NCBI RefSeq assembly: GCF_009914755.1
Contig: NC_060937.1
DNA length: 64,000 nucleotides
Direction: 5' to 3' (one strand)
Origin: the human T2T-CHM13v2.0 reference genome, Homo sapiens
A program made the position numbers and the translations under genes. The notes beneath the pieces are model-generated. The model worked only from the letters and a program-made list of their open reading frames with translations, had not been told where the DNA came from and did no database searches. Positions 44,871 to 61,085 of this stretch are shown here, in pieces. Within the stretch, counting starts at the first letter, position 1. Each line of letters starts with the position of its first letter.

Positions 44871-46764
44871 CTCATGCCAGCCCCCACCTGGAGGAGCCCT
44901 GGGCAAGTACATTGACCAGCTCCTGGCCACTTTAATGCACTTTTTTCTTTCTCTCTGTTGGACTTGTAGGGCTTTCTCTGGTCCACGTGTCACTTTCCAC
45001 GTCTGTTTACCATCTGAAAGTTCTGTAGGTGAAGAGGTGGAGAAGTCAGACAGGTCTGCTTGGCAGAAACAGAGCTTCTATTGTATGAGGTTGCTGGCAA
45101 GTGAGAGAAGCCTGAAGTCAAGCCTTCTGCGGAGGTGTGGGTTTTCTGAGCCACATTAAAAATGTGTGGCTCGTTCTCTTCTCTCTGTTAGAATTTTCCT
45201 GGCAGTGACTTAGGAGCTTGGCATTTGTTTACTTTTCCATTTTGTTTATGTCTTTCTACATTCCTGGGACTTGGATTGTTGAAAGCTCAGCGTTTTCTAG
45301 ATAATACTGTGCATTTAATATTTTAGAGGGGATAGAACCTAAAGAAGAGGTGTTTTGATCGTATAAACCTTTCGGGCTTTTGGGGGGAAATCAAGTCCCC
45401 AAAATGGTAGTACATTGAAAACACACAGAGGGATACTTAACTTGCCTTAAGAAGCCAGTGTTTTTATGTTTATTTAAGTGTACACGTACTCGGTGGTGTA
45501 TGGCTCAGACTTCTTTAAAAAGCAGAAAGTAAAGACTGTCCTCTGAGCCAAAGCCAGGGCATGGAGGATGCGTGCAACAGCCTTGTTAATTCGGGTGACC
45601 GGATTTCTCAAACAAAACAGATCATCCTGTCTGTCGACTTTAAAATTCATGATCATTTTTTTTTTCCCCTAAGGAAACCTGATTCCTTTTAAGGAATACT
45701 TGGTGTAGACACACCTCAAAATTGACCCCGTACACAGACTGGCTCTGTACCCATTAACTTCCCTGCATAGAAGTAGGAAGCAAAAAGGAACTTTCCATGA
45801 ATTGGGCTGACTTAGCTGCCACATTTTGGCACAAAAGCAGGGGCCACCAAGTTAGCTGTTAACTCTGCTCTTTAATGGAAAGCCATAATCAAACCTCCAG
45901 AATAATGGGGCAAACACGTGGAATGAACTCTCTTTCCACCACTTTTGTAAAATCTACCATGAATGGCAAGTGCCAGCTTATGCCTGTAATCTTACCCATA
46001 TCAAAAAATTCTTTTCTAGCTCACATTCATTCCTCCATTTTCCCCAGTTGCTATATTTTCAACCTCCCACACTCATCTTTTTTTTCACCCCTGCCCACAC
46101 CAGTGGCCAAAGATGGTCACTTTCTTTTTCCGAGAGCTGCTTCTCCCTGTCCGGGGCAGATCAGCTTTGCCACACTTCACCCTTCCTGGGCGTGCTCAGG
46201 CAAAAAGCACTGCAGCCCTCTCTCCTAGCACCAACCTAGCCTGGGTGCTAGCACTGACCAAGGTCTGGGCATTTGAGGAATTTTTACCTATAACATCGTT
46301 GTCTGGAGAGATCAAGGAAAGGCAAGGTGAAGAGCAAAGAGGAACTTCTTCAGGATCCCATTGGGGTGAGAATGGAAGCCATTAGTTCTCAGTTGTGGGA
46401 TGCATTTCTCCTTGCTGAGAGATTGAGGTCGATGAGGTAGCATGGTTGATATTGATCCCTTGGGACCAGAGTAGGGGCAGGAGCAGCTCTTATCTGCAGC
46501 TGTGGGTGCTTTGAAACCAGGGGCGAGGAGAGTTAAGGTGAGTGCAATAAGCCCATTTGGGCAAGAGAGAGAGCAGGGAGTATCAGGCCCCAACGAGGAG
46601 AGCTCCTGAGCTGAGGGAGGAGGTAGTGATGTGGCAGCCTGTAGAAGTGTGGAGGTGGCCACTTGGTCCTGGTGGAGTTTTCATGAATTTTGCGGGCCCA
46701 CTCTGTATGTAGCAGGCTCTGTTTTGATTGTAAAGGGAATATCAATATAATTTACCTTGATTGG

Positions 46765-47106
46765 TTATGCTCAACATGCACGAACCTCCAGAAACTTTAT
46801 GCTGTGTGAATAAAGTCAGATACACATGATGACGTGTTGTTTGAAGCCATTTATGTGAAATGTCCAGAAAAGTCAAATCTTAGAGGCAGAAAGCTGATGT
46901 TGGGTGGTTGTCTTGGCCTGGGAGTGGGAACAGAAATTGACTGCAGACTGGCTTGAGGGAAAGTTTAAGGGTGATATGGAAATGTTTCAGAACTGGATTG
47001 TGGTGATGTTTGCACAGTCCTAGAAATGTACTAAAAAGTCATTGAACTGTATACTTACAGTAGTTGAATTTTATAGCATGTACATCTACTTCAGTAAACC
47101 TGTTAA
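46765..47106 (+). mobile_element. L1MB7/8-like 3' end
   Basis: ccatttatgtgaaatgtccagaaaa..aactggattgtggtgatg.ttgcaca..actaaaaa.tcattgaactgtatactta. Confidence 0.85.
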
Positions 47107-48954
47107 CATTTTATTTAAACTGGATTTTGTTTTGAGGCTTGTGGCGAGGGTTGAGAACCTACAAAAAGATTTATATGAGGGAACTTGGTCCTCGTTGTGT
47201 ATGTTCTGGGGAACATGTTCATAAATGATGCTGTTAAGAGTTGGAACTTGTAAATTAAGTCCTCTCTGAACCTACGCCCTTAGCTTTAGTAAGCAGATGT
47301 TCCAGAGTCCCCGTTGTCGTCTTCTGAAATGCTCAACATACAAATGGCTTCATGGCTTGTGTATATAGGACATAGATTTATGTATATGGGAAAATCTCAC
47401 TAACTGGGATATTTTACTTTAGCCTCAATTAGTAAAATCGATATGTGTAACAGGAGTGGAATTCTATGGAATCTCAGGGTTGGAAAGGGCTTTAAAGGTT
47501 AAGCGCCAGAGGAGGGATTCTGCAAAGAAAAACAGACAATTAAGAAATTCAAAGACTGCACTGTATTTGACTAGCTGATTGAAAGACCTGAAAGTTAATT
47601 TATGCCTCTTTGATTAGAAAGTTCCATTCATCAGAGTTCACTCGTTACTTGACCGAAGTGGTGGTCTGAGTGTCACTGCAAGCCTCCTTTTTCCCTGGTG
47701 TGTAGAAAACTCTACCTAACGGTCCTCTCTGTTTACTTTGGGAAATGCAGCAATTATTAGCGAGGTTGCTGAGAGTCACTTCAGGCCTGGTAAAAACAAA
47801 CCGTGAGCTCCCTTTTCCCCTGTCCCCATGGGTAGATTCATCTTGGTGTATGACATAGTGGGGCCCGAGACCCCTCCAGCAGAAGGGTCTGCTGCTCTGC
47901 CAGACCTGCATATGGAAGCCAGTGAAATTACTGGGTAATGGAGTGTAGGACTTCCAGCTGCTTAATTGAAGGCTCTTGTTTTTACCCATATTTACTAGGG
48001 AGTTTATCTTTATGATTTTCATTCATCTAAGAACTAGGTGGGAAGAAAAATTATTTTAAAATGGTTTATAGATTATCAAGGGCTTTTGAAGTGACTTGTG
48101 CTTCTGTTTCATTCATTTATTCAGTCAGCAGACATGTACTCCTTGGGGTGTTAGGTCCAGAAAGGTGCAGATTCCGAGGTGGGTCCTGCTTTGAGATAAC
48201 TCTAGGCTGGTGGAGAAGAGGGCTGCAGAGCGGTACAGGCCTGGAGCCTGGAGACACAGGAACCAGGAAAGCTACCCATTCGATGGGCACAGCCAAGGCG
48301 GTGACACGAGTTTCTTGCAGGCGGGCAGGTGCCATGATTTTAAGTGGTATCACCTTCGCAGACCAAACTGATGAACTGAGAAATTGTATGCGATGCTGAT
48401 GTTTCTGTCTGAAGCCAAAAGACATTTATTTCTCACAGCTCATGCCTCCCTGTCTCTCTTCAACTACTAAAAAGTTGAGACCTTGTCTGAGCTGGGCATA
48501 AATTCATGCATAGAAAATTAACGTATTATCTGTCAGCCATTGGAACATGCTGTTCATATCTTTCCATTTAACCTTAAAGAATATAACAAAGCATGTGCCA
48601 CAAAGAAATACACTTGAATTCTGCTTCCGAATCTTTCAGCCTCATCTGTCTGTGGTCTGTATTCTTTGTGTTGAGTAGAGAAGTATTAGGCATGGCCATA
48701 ATGCTTTTAGCAAGAGAGAGAGAGAGAGGAGTGAAGGTTCACTGTAATTTGTGGTTGAAAGATGATAGGGGCTCAGTAAGAATATTTAAATGTGTATATA
48801 TATATATATTTTTTAATTTATTTATTTTTTATTTTTATTATTTATTTATTTATTTTCCTTGGGGAAAATCCTTTCCTCATTCACTAACAACAACTTGTAT
48901 TTGTCAGAGAGGATGTGATCCTAGTACTGGCTGCCATTTGGGTACTCATGCATT

Positions 48955-49950
<996 letters not shown>

Positions 49951-50187
49951 TTAAACATATGGGAAAAGGAGAAATTGCCTGACCCACTCTAGTACCTTTT
50001 CTTACGAGGGGAAGAGGTGGGAGGGGACTAGCAGTGACTCAGCTTCTGTTGCATGCCCCTGTGCTAGACACTTTACATGTTCCATTTTGTAGGAAAGAAA
50101 ACAGTCGAAGAGTTTTAGTCACTTGCTTGAATACAGTTACAAACGACAAGACTTAGAATTCAGGCCCAGGCCTTCCAGCTCCAAAAT

Positions 50188-50513
50188 CTTTTTTATCTTT
50201 TTCTTTCTTTCTTTTTTGTTTTGAGAAAGGATCTCACTCTGTTGCCCAGGCTGGAGTGCAGTCGTGCAATTGTGGCCCGCTGCAGCCTCGAACTCCTGGG
50301 CTTGATCAGTCCTTCTGCCTCAGCCTCCTGAGTAGCTGGGACTACAGGTACATGCCACCACACCCGGCTAACTTTTTTTTTTATTTCATTTTTTGTCGAG
50401 ATGAGGTCTCTCTATGTTACCCAGGCTAGCCTCGAACTCCTGGCCTCAAGCAATCCTCCTATGTTGGCCTCCCAAAGTACTGGGATTACAGGTGTGAGCC
50501 ACCGTGCCCGGCC
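50188..50513 (-). mobile_element. AluJ inserted in MIR
   Basis: TSD agctccaaaatct; J features. Confidence 0.92.
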
Positions 50514-51399
50514 TCTAGCTCCAAAATCTGTGCTCTTTATACCATACCACTCTTGGAAAAGAAACAAAATATTGTGTTAGGAAAAGAGAAAGGAGTTAAC
50601 ATTCATTAAATATTGGGCTTGGGCCATGTCATTCTTATTCTTCATGACCACCCTCCCAGAAACCTATTATTGTCCCCATTACAAACGAAGAAACAGCAGA
50701 GCTGAGAAGCTCAACAGCTAACCTCGTCACAGCTGGCTAATTGTGGAGGGCTCAATGTGCAAATGACAGGACAGAGATGAGAGGTCCCTCTTGACTCGCA
50801 TGCTGTTTCTTAGGCTTTAGTCTTGAGTTTCATTCTGGCTTTATGATTCCGCAGATTAGAAAGCCGGAGAAAGCAAAGGATGAGAGGTTTACCTATGAAG
50901 TTGATTGAATGCGTTTTTCTCAGAAGGCAGTTTGGGTTGATATGAAGTCATTGATTTTTGAATTAGGTTGAGAATTTTTTGAAATGTATTGGAGGTTGAA
51001 TTCTAATACCTCACACAGATTCTGTTATGGATGGAGTTGACAGAACTAATACCTAATGAAAAGTGGCTCCTCCTGAAACGCGTCCCTTGCCCCGGTTTCC
51101 CCCACCACCCCAGCCTTCCTTGACCTCTGACTTGCCCATCTCTGTCTCGTGGGCTGTGAGCTGGTATCTCCTGCCCAGCCTTGTGGGTGTCCCGAGGTGG
51201 TGTCGTGAGTCCTGTTCACACGCTACAGGCCTCGAGTCTTTGAGATTTCCACTGCAGGCTCACAGCGCGTTCATGTCGGTGCCTCTTCATCAGCTCCCTC
51301 CTTCTCCCGAGGCCACACCAAGTCTCAAGTCCCCTTGTATTTCCTGCTAAATAAATATTTTCACATCTGTTTCCTCCTGTTTATCTCTGACTCTGCTGC

Positions 51400-51970
51400 T
51401 TTGTTTAGATCTTTGCAATTACTAACTGGAAATAATGAAGCCTCTCCGGTCCCTTACGTTTCTGTCTTTCTCCCTCCAATATTATCTTACTCTCTGCCAG
51501 AGTTTCTAAAGCCCAAATTTGATAATGTTACTCTTTTGGAAAAAAAACTATCAGTGACTTTTCATTGCTTGCTGGATAAAGTTCTTAGTACTTAGCAAGG
51601 CACGCAAGATCGTTTACAATCTGACGGCAGCCTAGCTTCCTGCCTTATGTTCCTTAGCCCTTGAACAGGCTGCCCCTGGCCTGGACTGCCTGCCCCCCTC
51701 CGCCCGCCCCCACTCTCTCTCTTTTTTTTTTTTTTTTTTTTTGCTAAATGCAGCTCCAAGGGTTTCTTGGACTGTGAAACCCACGGAATTTATCCTAGCC
51801 TTTTTTCCTCCTGTGGCTCCACAGCACATGCATTCCTTGAATATAGCACGTATCACATTTGACTTTGTTTACGTGGTTTTTCCCAAAGGATTGTGTTGAG
51901 ACCTTGAGGATGATAACTGTCCTATCTGTGTTAATCAGGTAGTAGGTGTTCAGCAAATATTCAGTGAATC
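51400..51970 (+). mobile_element. L2 fragment
   Basis: tgccagag.ttctaaa..caaatttgataatgttactc..cagtgactttt.cattgc..taggtgttcagcaaatatt..gtgaat. Confidence 0.65.
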
Positions 51971-52322
51971 GATTTCAAGGTCACCGCTCTTCTCGTGCTC
52001 CCTCAGGGGCACGTGGGGCCTGAGTGCCAGGGTTATGAAGGGCGTTCTTTGTAGGTCCCGTAGCTGAGACTGACAAACGTGGTACCCCCTTAGGTGGTGC
52101 AGCGAATGCATCACCTGAGGAAGGGGAATGGACGAAGATAGAAGATGAGGTCAGAGGCTGGAGCCGCTGTCCAGGACAGCCTGACGAGCCACATGCACTG
52201 GACGGCACCTGAGACATGGCTCCTCCAGACTAGAGTGTGCTGGATTTGCCTGAGACACACTCAATTTCAAAGACTTAACAACAACAACAAAGAATGTAAG
52301 ATAACTCAGTGTTTTATCTTGA

Positions 52323-52700
<378 letters not shown>

Positions 52701-52824
52701 TAAAGTGATCTTTATAAATTCACATGATCTTGTTGGCAATTTTGAAATGGATCATTTTAATATGTTAAAGTGATAATATTTTGGACCTATTAGATTACAT
52801 AAAATATATTAATATTAATTTTAA

Positions 52825-53159
<335 letters not shown>

Positions 53160-55491
53160 TTAAACTTTTTAAAATATGGCTACTAGAAACTTTTAACTTA
53201 TATTTGTAGCTCATATTCTATTTCTCCTGGACAGAGATGGGATAGAGAGAAGCTGTAGGAAGCAGAAGAGGCTGGTGCGAGATGGGAGACTTCCATGCTT
53301 AAAAAATGCTTAAAAAAGAATAAAAAGTGGAACGAAAGGAGGGAGGAGTTGCCATATTTGGCAGAACAAGGAAGGCAGAAACTGCCAAAAACAGCAAACG
53401 CCGTCAAGGCACTGTTGAGGGGTTAGGTGATGCGGAACTGTGCCTGTGTAGGCAACAGCCCCTTACCCCAAACGGACAAACTCGAAACGGTGGGTGAACG
53501 CTTGCATTGTTTTCCCTTGTGACAAAGCCATTCCCGTGCACTTTAACACAATGGGAGATACAGCAAAAAGGGGAAAATATATTCCGCATCTGTAATCCTG
53601 GTCTTCAGAAGTAATCCCCATACACTTGGGATACTGTCCTCTCTCCGACCTCTTCCTCTGTCTGTGTGCGTTGATGTCTGGTTTTTACGCCGATGGGACC
53701 ATCCTCTCTCTCTCTATTCCTCCAATCTGCTCTTTTGTTCCACTTAATAGATTACATGTTTTTTTTTTTTCCCATAATAGGCTTAAGTGTAAGATAATCT
53801 CGATGGCCTTCAGGGAAATAAAGACACAGAATGACGATGACTTCCACAGTGCAGCTTGCTTGCCTCCCCTTCCCGACGGCAGCTTTGACAGTCCTAGACC
53901 GGATCCCATCACTCCAGAGAGGCAGGTCGCCTCTGTGCCTCCCCAGGAATGGTTCCTTTGGTGGAGTTTCCTAAATACCATGGCTAAACCCCTCCCTCCT
54001 CTGAAGGGTTATAGCCACAGCCTGAAATAAATCTGTACATCAGTAATTAGGCATCACAAAGATGACACAGACATCCTCATCATCCACACAGCTGTGCTTA
54101 TGCCCAGGTGCATCTGCCTTCATGTGGCCCAGAGCACATTAGATTGAAGAATTTGAAACTAGGAATTTAAACATTCCAATCTTAGTGAAATTTTCAAAAA
54201 TGGCTATTTTGCTAATTTATAAAGTCTGAAATGTGGAGGTTTCGAGTTGACATTTGGAGATGGGGTAGATATCAGTTACAAGTGTGAACACTTGGTAGAT
54301 TTTAGAGGATGGGATGAAACTCGTGGGCTGTCCAGTTGAAGGTGTTGTGTGACTGGTGGTGGTGGGTGGTGGTGGGTGGTGTGGGCCAGGATGTTGATTT
54401 GTTTCAAAGAGTAACTTTATCCCCTAAGAAAGACAGTATTTTTGAGTACACTCAAATTGTTTATTGAGATTTGATTTTATTTGCTTAAGTTTCCTGTTGG
54501 AGATGAATCTCAATATATCCTTCCTCCTGCCCCCTTGCAGAGAGAAGCTCTTTGGAAATGCAGGGTCAGAGTCCCCTTCCCCATTACCTAAGAAGGAGAG
54601 GTCAAAGGGCATAGCAATAGCATTCCCAGAAATTGTTAGGGTTCATGGAGCAGGAAAGAGGCTCTATCTGTGGGAAGTTTGTGAAAGGCAAGGGAGGTAG
54701 TAAGGAAATTCAGTGGAAAACTGGGTTAAGGACCTGTTGCTTCTTAGTAATCATTAACTTCTTAGTTACAGCAGAAACAATCACACTTACAAATTAACAG
54801 CAGCACCACTCTTGATTGAACTTTCACTGTGGCCCTGGTGGCCTAATGTATCTATTGTGATATTTTTCATGTTTACTGCAAACCTGCAAGCTTCAGGAAG
54901 TTATCCTCATTTTGCACATGGGAAACTGAAGCCCAAAATGATCAGTACTATGTCAAAGTCCCATGGCTAAGGAATGACTGAGTGGGATTTAATCCCAGGT
55001 TTTTTTTGTTTGTTTGTTTCCTCTCCCAAAGGAAAGCAGTTGCCAAAGTACTAGCAGGTCTGTGTGTGACTCCCTCTCCCACCTCCAGCCCTGGTTTGCT
55101 TCCTGTTAGGGCAATGAATTTTGGCCTTTTAAATATTTTAGTATCTTTTAATTTCATGACATACTCTCTTCATCCTTTCCTGCCAGTTGAGAGCAAGGAA
55201 AATCGGCAGATAGCAAATCAGGGTGCTGTGTGTGTGTGTGCATGTGCGTGTGTGTGTGTGCACACACGTGCACACGTTGGGAAAGTGGTGGCTTTTCAAT
55301 GCAATCCCAGCCGTATTCTGGTTGGTGGCCCTTTCTTACACTTTAAAAATCTTATCCTTCTGGAGAAACTTTAAATAAAGTAAGAGCCTTTGAAATTCTC
55401 CTAGAGAGAACTCGTACTTTCAAAAATAAACTTTGATGAGCAGGAATGGCTACCGTAATGATGGGTTTGCCTGCCTGCAATGTAACTGCTG

Positions 55492-56119
<628 letters not shown>

Positions 56120-56645
56120 AGTAAATGCTATTTTTAAGGTGGTCATAGCTCAGTTTGCAAGGTGCATGTTTGTGCTTCAAACTGTAAGTATTCAAGATAG
56201 AGAAAAGATGGATTTATTCTAGCATTTCAGTTTTAATTTTGATGATACAAGAAATTCATAATGCTTCCCCCCCCACCGGAAAAGAGGTCAGTATAGCTCA
56301 GTGGAATAATTAGTACACCCAGCTGGGGCAGAGCTGTTTTTTAAAACTAGGAGGCTTTAGAAGATGGGGACATTATTTATAAGAAAAAATTTGAAGCATC
56401 TCTTACATCAGTTTATAAGCCTCTCCTGCATAAGAACCATCACAACAGAGCCGCGGCGTTTTCTTGAGTCACTATAGAGGCCGTGTGCACAGGGCGCTCT
56501 GCCTTCTCCCTCAGCTGGGCTCACTGGCTTACCCGAGGTCTTTACAGTGCGGCTTCTGACTTTATCACAGACATAATTTGGCTAAAGAGGGCAGGAGGAG
56601 AAGTGGGCCAGGGTTTTCTTTCATGGGCTACTCCAGAAGTCAAGC

Positions 56646-56791
56646 TGTTTTAGGTTGAACTGTGCTCCCTCCAAAATATGTTGAAGTCCTAAGCCCTGTG
56701 AATGTGACTTAATTTGGAAGCAGAGTCCTTACAGATGTAATGAAGATGTAAGTTAAAGTGAAGTCACTCTGGAATCGGGTGGGTCATAATA

Positions 56792-56822
<31 letters not shown>

Positions 56823-56919
56823 TCGAATCGGGTGGGTCATAATACACACATACACTCTGGAATCGGGTGGGTCATAATACACACACACACATACACTCTG
56901 GAATCGGGTGGGTCATAAT

Positions 56920-56951
<32 letters not shown>

Positions 56952-57281
56952 GAATCGGGTGGGTCATAATCCTCCCCTTCCCCCAAACACACACACACAC
57001 ACACACACACACCTGCACAAACGTGCAGGCCCGGGGAGAAGGCCGTGTGATGATGGGGGCAGAGACTGCAGTGCTGGAGCCACAAACCCAGGAGCGGGAT
57101 GCCAGGGCTTGCCAGCGCCACCAGGAGAGGCATGGAGCAGATTCTCCCAGAACCTTCAGGAGGAACCGGCCCTGCTAATGCCTTGACCTTGGACTTACTG
57201 GCCTCCTGAACTGTGAGAGAATAAACTTCTGTTCCTTTAAGCCACCCATGAATGGACCTTTGTCCCTAAGAAACTGATACT
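56646..57281 (+). mobile_element. MLT1B/C-like solo LTR
   Basis: tgttttaggttgaactgtg..atatgttgaagtcctaa...ggcctcc.gaactgtgagagaataaa..ttaagccaccca..aaactgatac; 5-bp TSD CAAGC at 56641-56645 and 57282-57286. Confidence 0.92.
56765..56970. repeat. Compound VNTR: five 26-bp units separated by variable (CA)n
   Basis: cactctggaatcgggtgggtcataat at 56765, 56820 (2-bp deletion), 56853, 56894, 56945. Confidence 0.95.
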
Positions 57282-57823
57282 CAAGCCAGCTACCTAAGGC
57301 TGCTGTTGGACTTACTCTCTATGATAGCTAAGGCTCCCCTCGCAGCCCCAGCTGAAAGATTTTTGCTTTGGTCTGCTAGCCTTTTTAGCATGAGTCTATC
57401 GTCATTCCTTTAGAGAAAAAAAATGCGGAAGAAGTAACATGGCACAACACTGGGAAGGGATCATAGGGAAGGACCTGCCAGCCGCCTCCTCATCTCGGCC
57501 CGCTCTTTGCTCACCTCCTCGCCCCACAAGAGCGCCTGTGATAGCCCACTTTTAGGAAAGACTAGACTTCCAGAAAAACCCACCACCTTGCAAGTCATCA
57601 TCATCTAAACAAAGACTGGGTTTAGGATGAGGGTCCCATCCTCACGGCTCACTCACCGTTTGGCAGGTTGCCAAGGCTGCCCAAGCTACAGGTCCCTCTT
57701 GTGTAACACGGATTGAGCTGGGTCCAAGCTCAGGCGTGTAGGGAGAAGAACGTGTGTGCGGATGGGTACAGGTGCAGGCAGGGAGGCTTGGGGTTGAACA
57801 CTAGATCTTACGTCAGTGTTTGA

Positions 57824-58248
<425 letters not shown>

Positions 58249-58796
58249 TATGTCATCTTGTTATTCATTTTATAATTTCAAGACGGCTCAAAAAAGAAAG
58301 AGGTGGGGAAATGTTTGTGGTGGAATCCTGGGTAGTTTGACATGACAGCAGAATTTGCTTAAAGCAAATTAAATGAAATCAGCCAGGCCCTGCAAATTGC
58401 TGTCTCCTTTTTGAGGCAATTAGACCCCACGAATAACCCAGCTCTTGTGGTCCTGCGGGACGCATTTCCCAGAGCACCTCTAGGGAAATAGGATGAGCCA
58501 ATTAAGGAAGAGAGGGGCAGACCGATTGTCCTTATTGTATGTATGTATTGTTGGGAGGAGCTTTGTGTTTGCTTGGGACTCGGATTGAAGATAGCAGATG
58601 GTTCAAAGACTTGGAGTGGAGAAGGTTGGAAAAACACCAGGACCCTGTGTGGGCGAGAGAGAAGCTAAAACACCCAGAGCTGGGAGGCCAAGTCATGGAT
58701 GGCCAACAGGACAGCGCTCCCAGGGCTCCTTAAATGGCTCTTTGGGCCTTCTCAGATGGTTACACAATAACAATCGACTGTGAGTTAAAGATGAAA

Positions 58797-59073
58797 TTTT
58801 GTTCATTTGTTTGTTTTTTAAAACAGGGTCTTGCCCTGTCACTCAGGGTGGAGTGCTGTGGTGTGATTCTGGCTCACTGCAGCCACAGTACACCTCAGCC
58901 TCCTGAGTAGCTGGGACCACAGGCACATACCACCATGCCCAGCTGTTTAACGTTTTTGCTGAGACAGAGATCTCACTATATTGCCCAAGCTGTCTCGAAC
59001 TCCTGGGCTCAAGCAATGCCCCGCCTCTGCCTCCCAAAGTGCTGGGATTACAGGTATGAGCACCCCTCCCAGA
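58797..59073 (-). mobile_element. AluJ, internally deleted
   Basis: TSD a.gatgaa.t.ttt; J features. Confidence 0.88.
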
Positions 59074-59929
59074 CAAGGATGAAGTGTTTTATGCGAAGAT
59101 GGTCCATTAAACCAGCTGATGTGTTATGATCAAGCACTTATCTAAATTTTCCTGAACTTTACAACTCAAGTTACTTGTGCCCGTTTGTCTCCACTCCTAA
59201 AGGAGTTTCAGGAGATAGATGTGAGAACAGGTGGCCTTTCATGAAAGTGCCATGTGCAGTAGGAAAAACCAGGCTGTGTCTGGGAAGGCTGAGGAGTGCA
59301 GCAGTGGGTGGAGACGGCCGTGCTTAGGAGCTCACATCTGCTCGCTCTTCCTTCCTTCGCCTCGTGGTGTCCTGGAAAACAAAAGATGCAGAGGAGACTG
59401 TGAATGCTTGAGTCACTGCAGTGAGGAGACTTCAGAATTCACTGGTGGTTTTCTGAGTCCCAGCCCAGCAGTAAGAGCAGTCGGGCAGTAAGAAATTTCT
59501 TGCCAATTTCGCTTCCAAAGGTGAGTTACAATTGTGATCCTCAAATAAAATAGCTCCTAGAACTTCACATTTTTCAGCGTCTTATTGTCATTGATAATCT
59601 TCAGTGGTTTCAGATGTTCAGGCCTCTCCCTCCTATGGACAGTATCACCAGTGCCTTCCAACAGTGACACTGAAGTGCGGCTTATGTCATGGACCCGGGG
59701 AATGCGGAGGAATCTGTCACATGAGACGGTTTCGGCTGGAGTATGTCAACCCTCATGGTTGCTGTTGAATTTGTTTGTGAACATTTGACTGCAGGCTGCT
59801 CTCATTCAGTGTGTGTCAACCCTTGTCTCAGGAAGGTGCTGAGCTATTTTTAACAGTAGAGTGAAGAGCTACCGCCTTGGCTCGAACCAGCTGTCCCCTA
59901 CTCTCAGATGTGGACTCCCTAAAAAAGTC

Positions 59930-60140
59930 ATAACACCATTAACAAGCAAAACCCCTAGCCAACAGGGGGTTCCTGTTGGCAGTCAGGCACTGCTGGAAGT
60001 TGTTTCCTTGTGAAAAACTATTTAATCTCCATGAGAATCCTGCTAGGTAGTTCTTGGATCATCCCAAATTTTGTAGATGTGGAAACAAAGGCATAGAGAG
60101 GTTAAAGAACTTGTTCCAGGTCACACAACCCATGCGTGGC
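59930..60140 (-). mobile_element. MIR
   Basis: attttgtagatgtggaaac..aggcatagagaggttaa..aacttg..caggtcacaca. Confidence 0.75.
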
Positions 60141-60929
60141 AGATCCTCTGCAGCTCCTGGTGCACCCTGCAGACACAGGACCCGGAGCCCCCTCCCCATC
60201 CAGGTGAGGCCCATTGCCCTGGAGAGCTCAGCCTCCAGCAGCCATGCCTTTGGGGTCCCACCTCTTTCGCCTTGGGGGTCTCCCAAGTCATCTTCATCCT
60301 TGCGTTGTAACACAGCTAAAGTTTTTATTTGTAACTAGTGGATGCCAGAACACTGCGTTGCAAGCATGTGTATAGCTTTACCCAGTGATTCCGTCATGGG
60401 GAGATTTTGCCGAAATGAGTCTTGTCCCCTTCAGTTGGTTTGAGCAGCCACCGCTGTGATGGAACCAGAGATAACACCAGGCCTGACATTTGAGGGTGTG
60501 TGTAGGTAGGTTCTTTGTGAAGAATTAACTCCCGCTCAGAAGCAACCAGTTGGAAAGCAAATAGGGGTGCTTTTCACATCCCACTTTGGTTACACGTTCT
60601 CAGTAGGTTAGGAAAGTTTAGGAAGGAACACCTGTGAGGCTGATTCTGAAATCACCCCCAGAATTACAGTTTTTGCAAGTGTAGGGCTTCCTTTTGGAGA
60701 ACAAGCAGCTCCATGCTCAGCACACAGACACACACAGCCATGTGGAGTGCAGGGCGACTTCTCTCTGCTTCCAGCTGCCACTCCCTATTTCTAGCGTTGC
60801 TGCCAAGAAGATGGGTTATTAGTTTGGCCAAAGCTAATCCTAAAGGAAATTGCAGGTACCAGAGAGAGAGAAGGGAGAGCAAGAGAGATTTCAAACATGA
60901 AATCTCATTTTTAAAAATTGCATGTGTGG

Positions 60930-61085
60930 TTTTGTTTGTTTGATTTTAGAGCTGGGGTCTTGCGCTGTCACCCAGGCTGGGGTGCAGTGGTACGATCATA
61001 GCTTACTGCAGCCATGAACTCCTGGGCTCAAGGGATCCGCCTGCCTCAGCTTCCTGAGTAGCTGGCACAGCCACTTGCCCACACA
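60930..61085 (-). mobile_element. Alu right monomer (FRAM/AluJ fragment)
   Basis: gatcatagcttactgcagcc..gaactcctgggctcaag only. Confidence 0.85.

Noticed and set aside
56765-56970. CRISPR array
   Set aside because: Spacers are (CA)n rather than unique sequences, the unit is MLT1 LTR sequence, there are no cas genes and the DNA is primate
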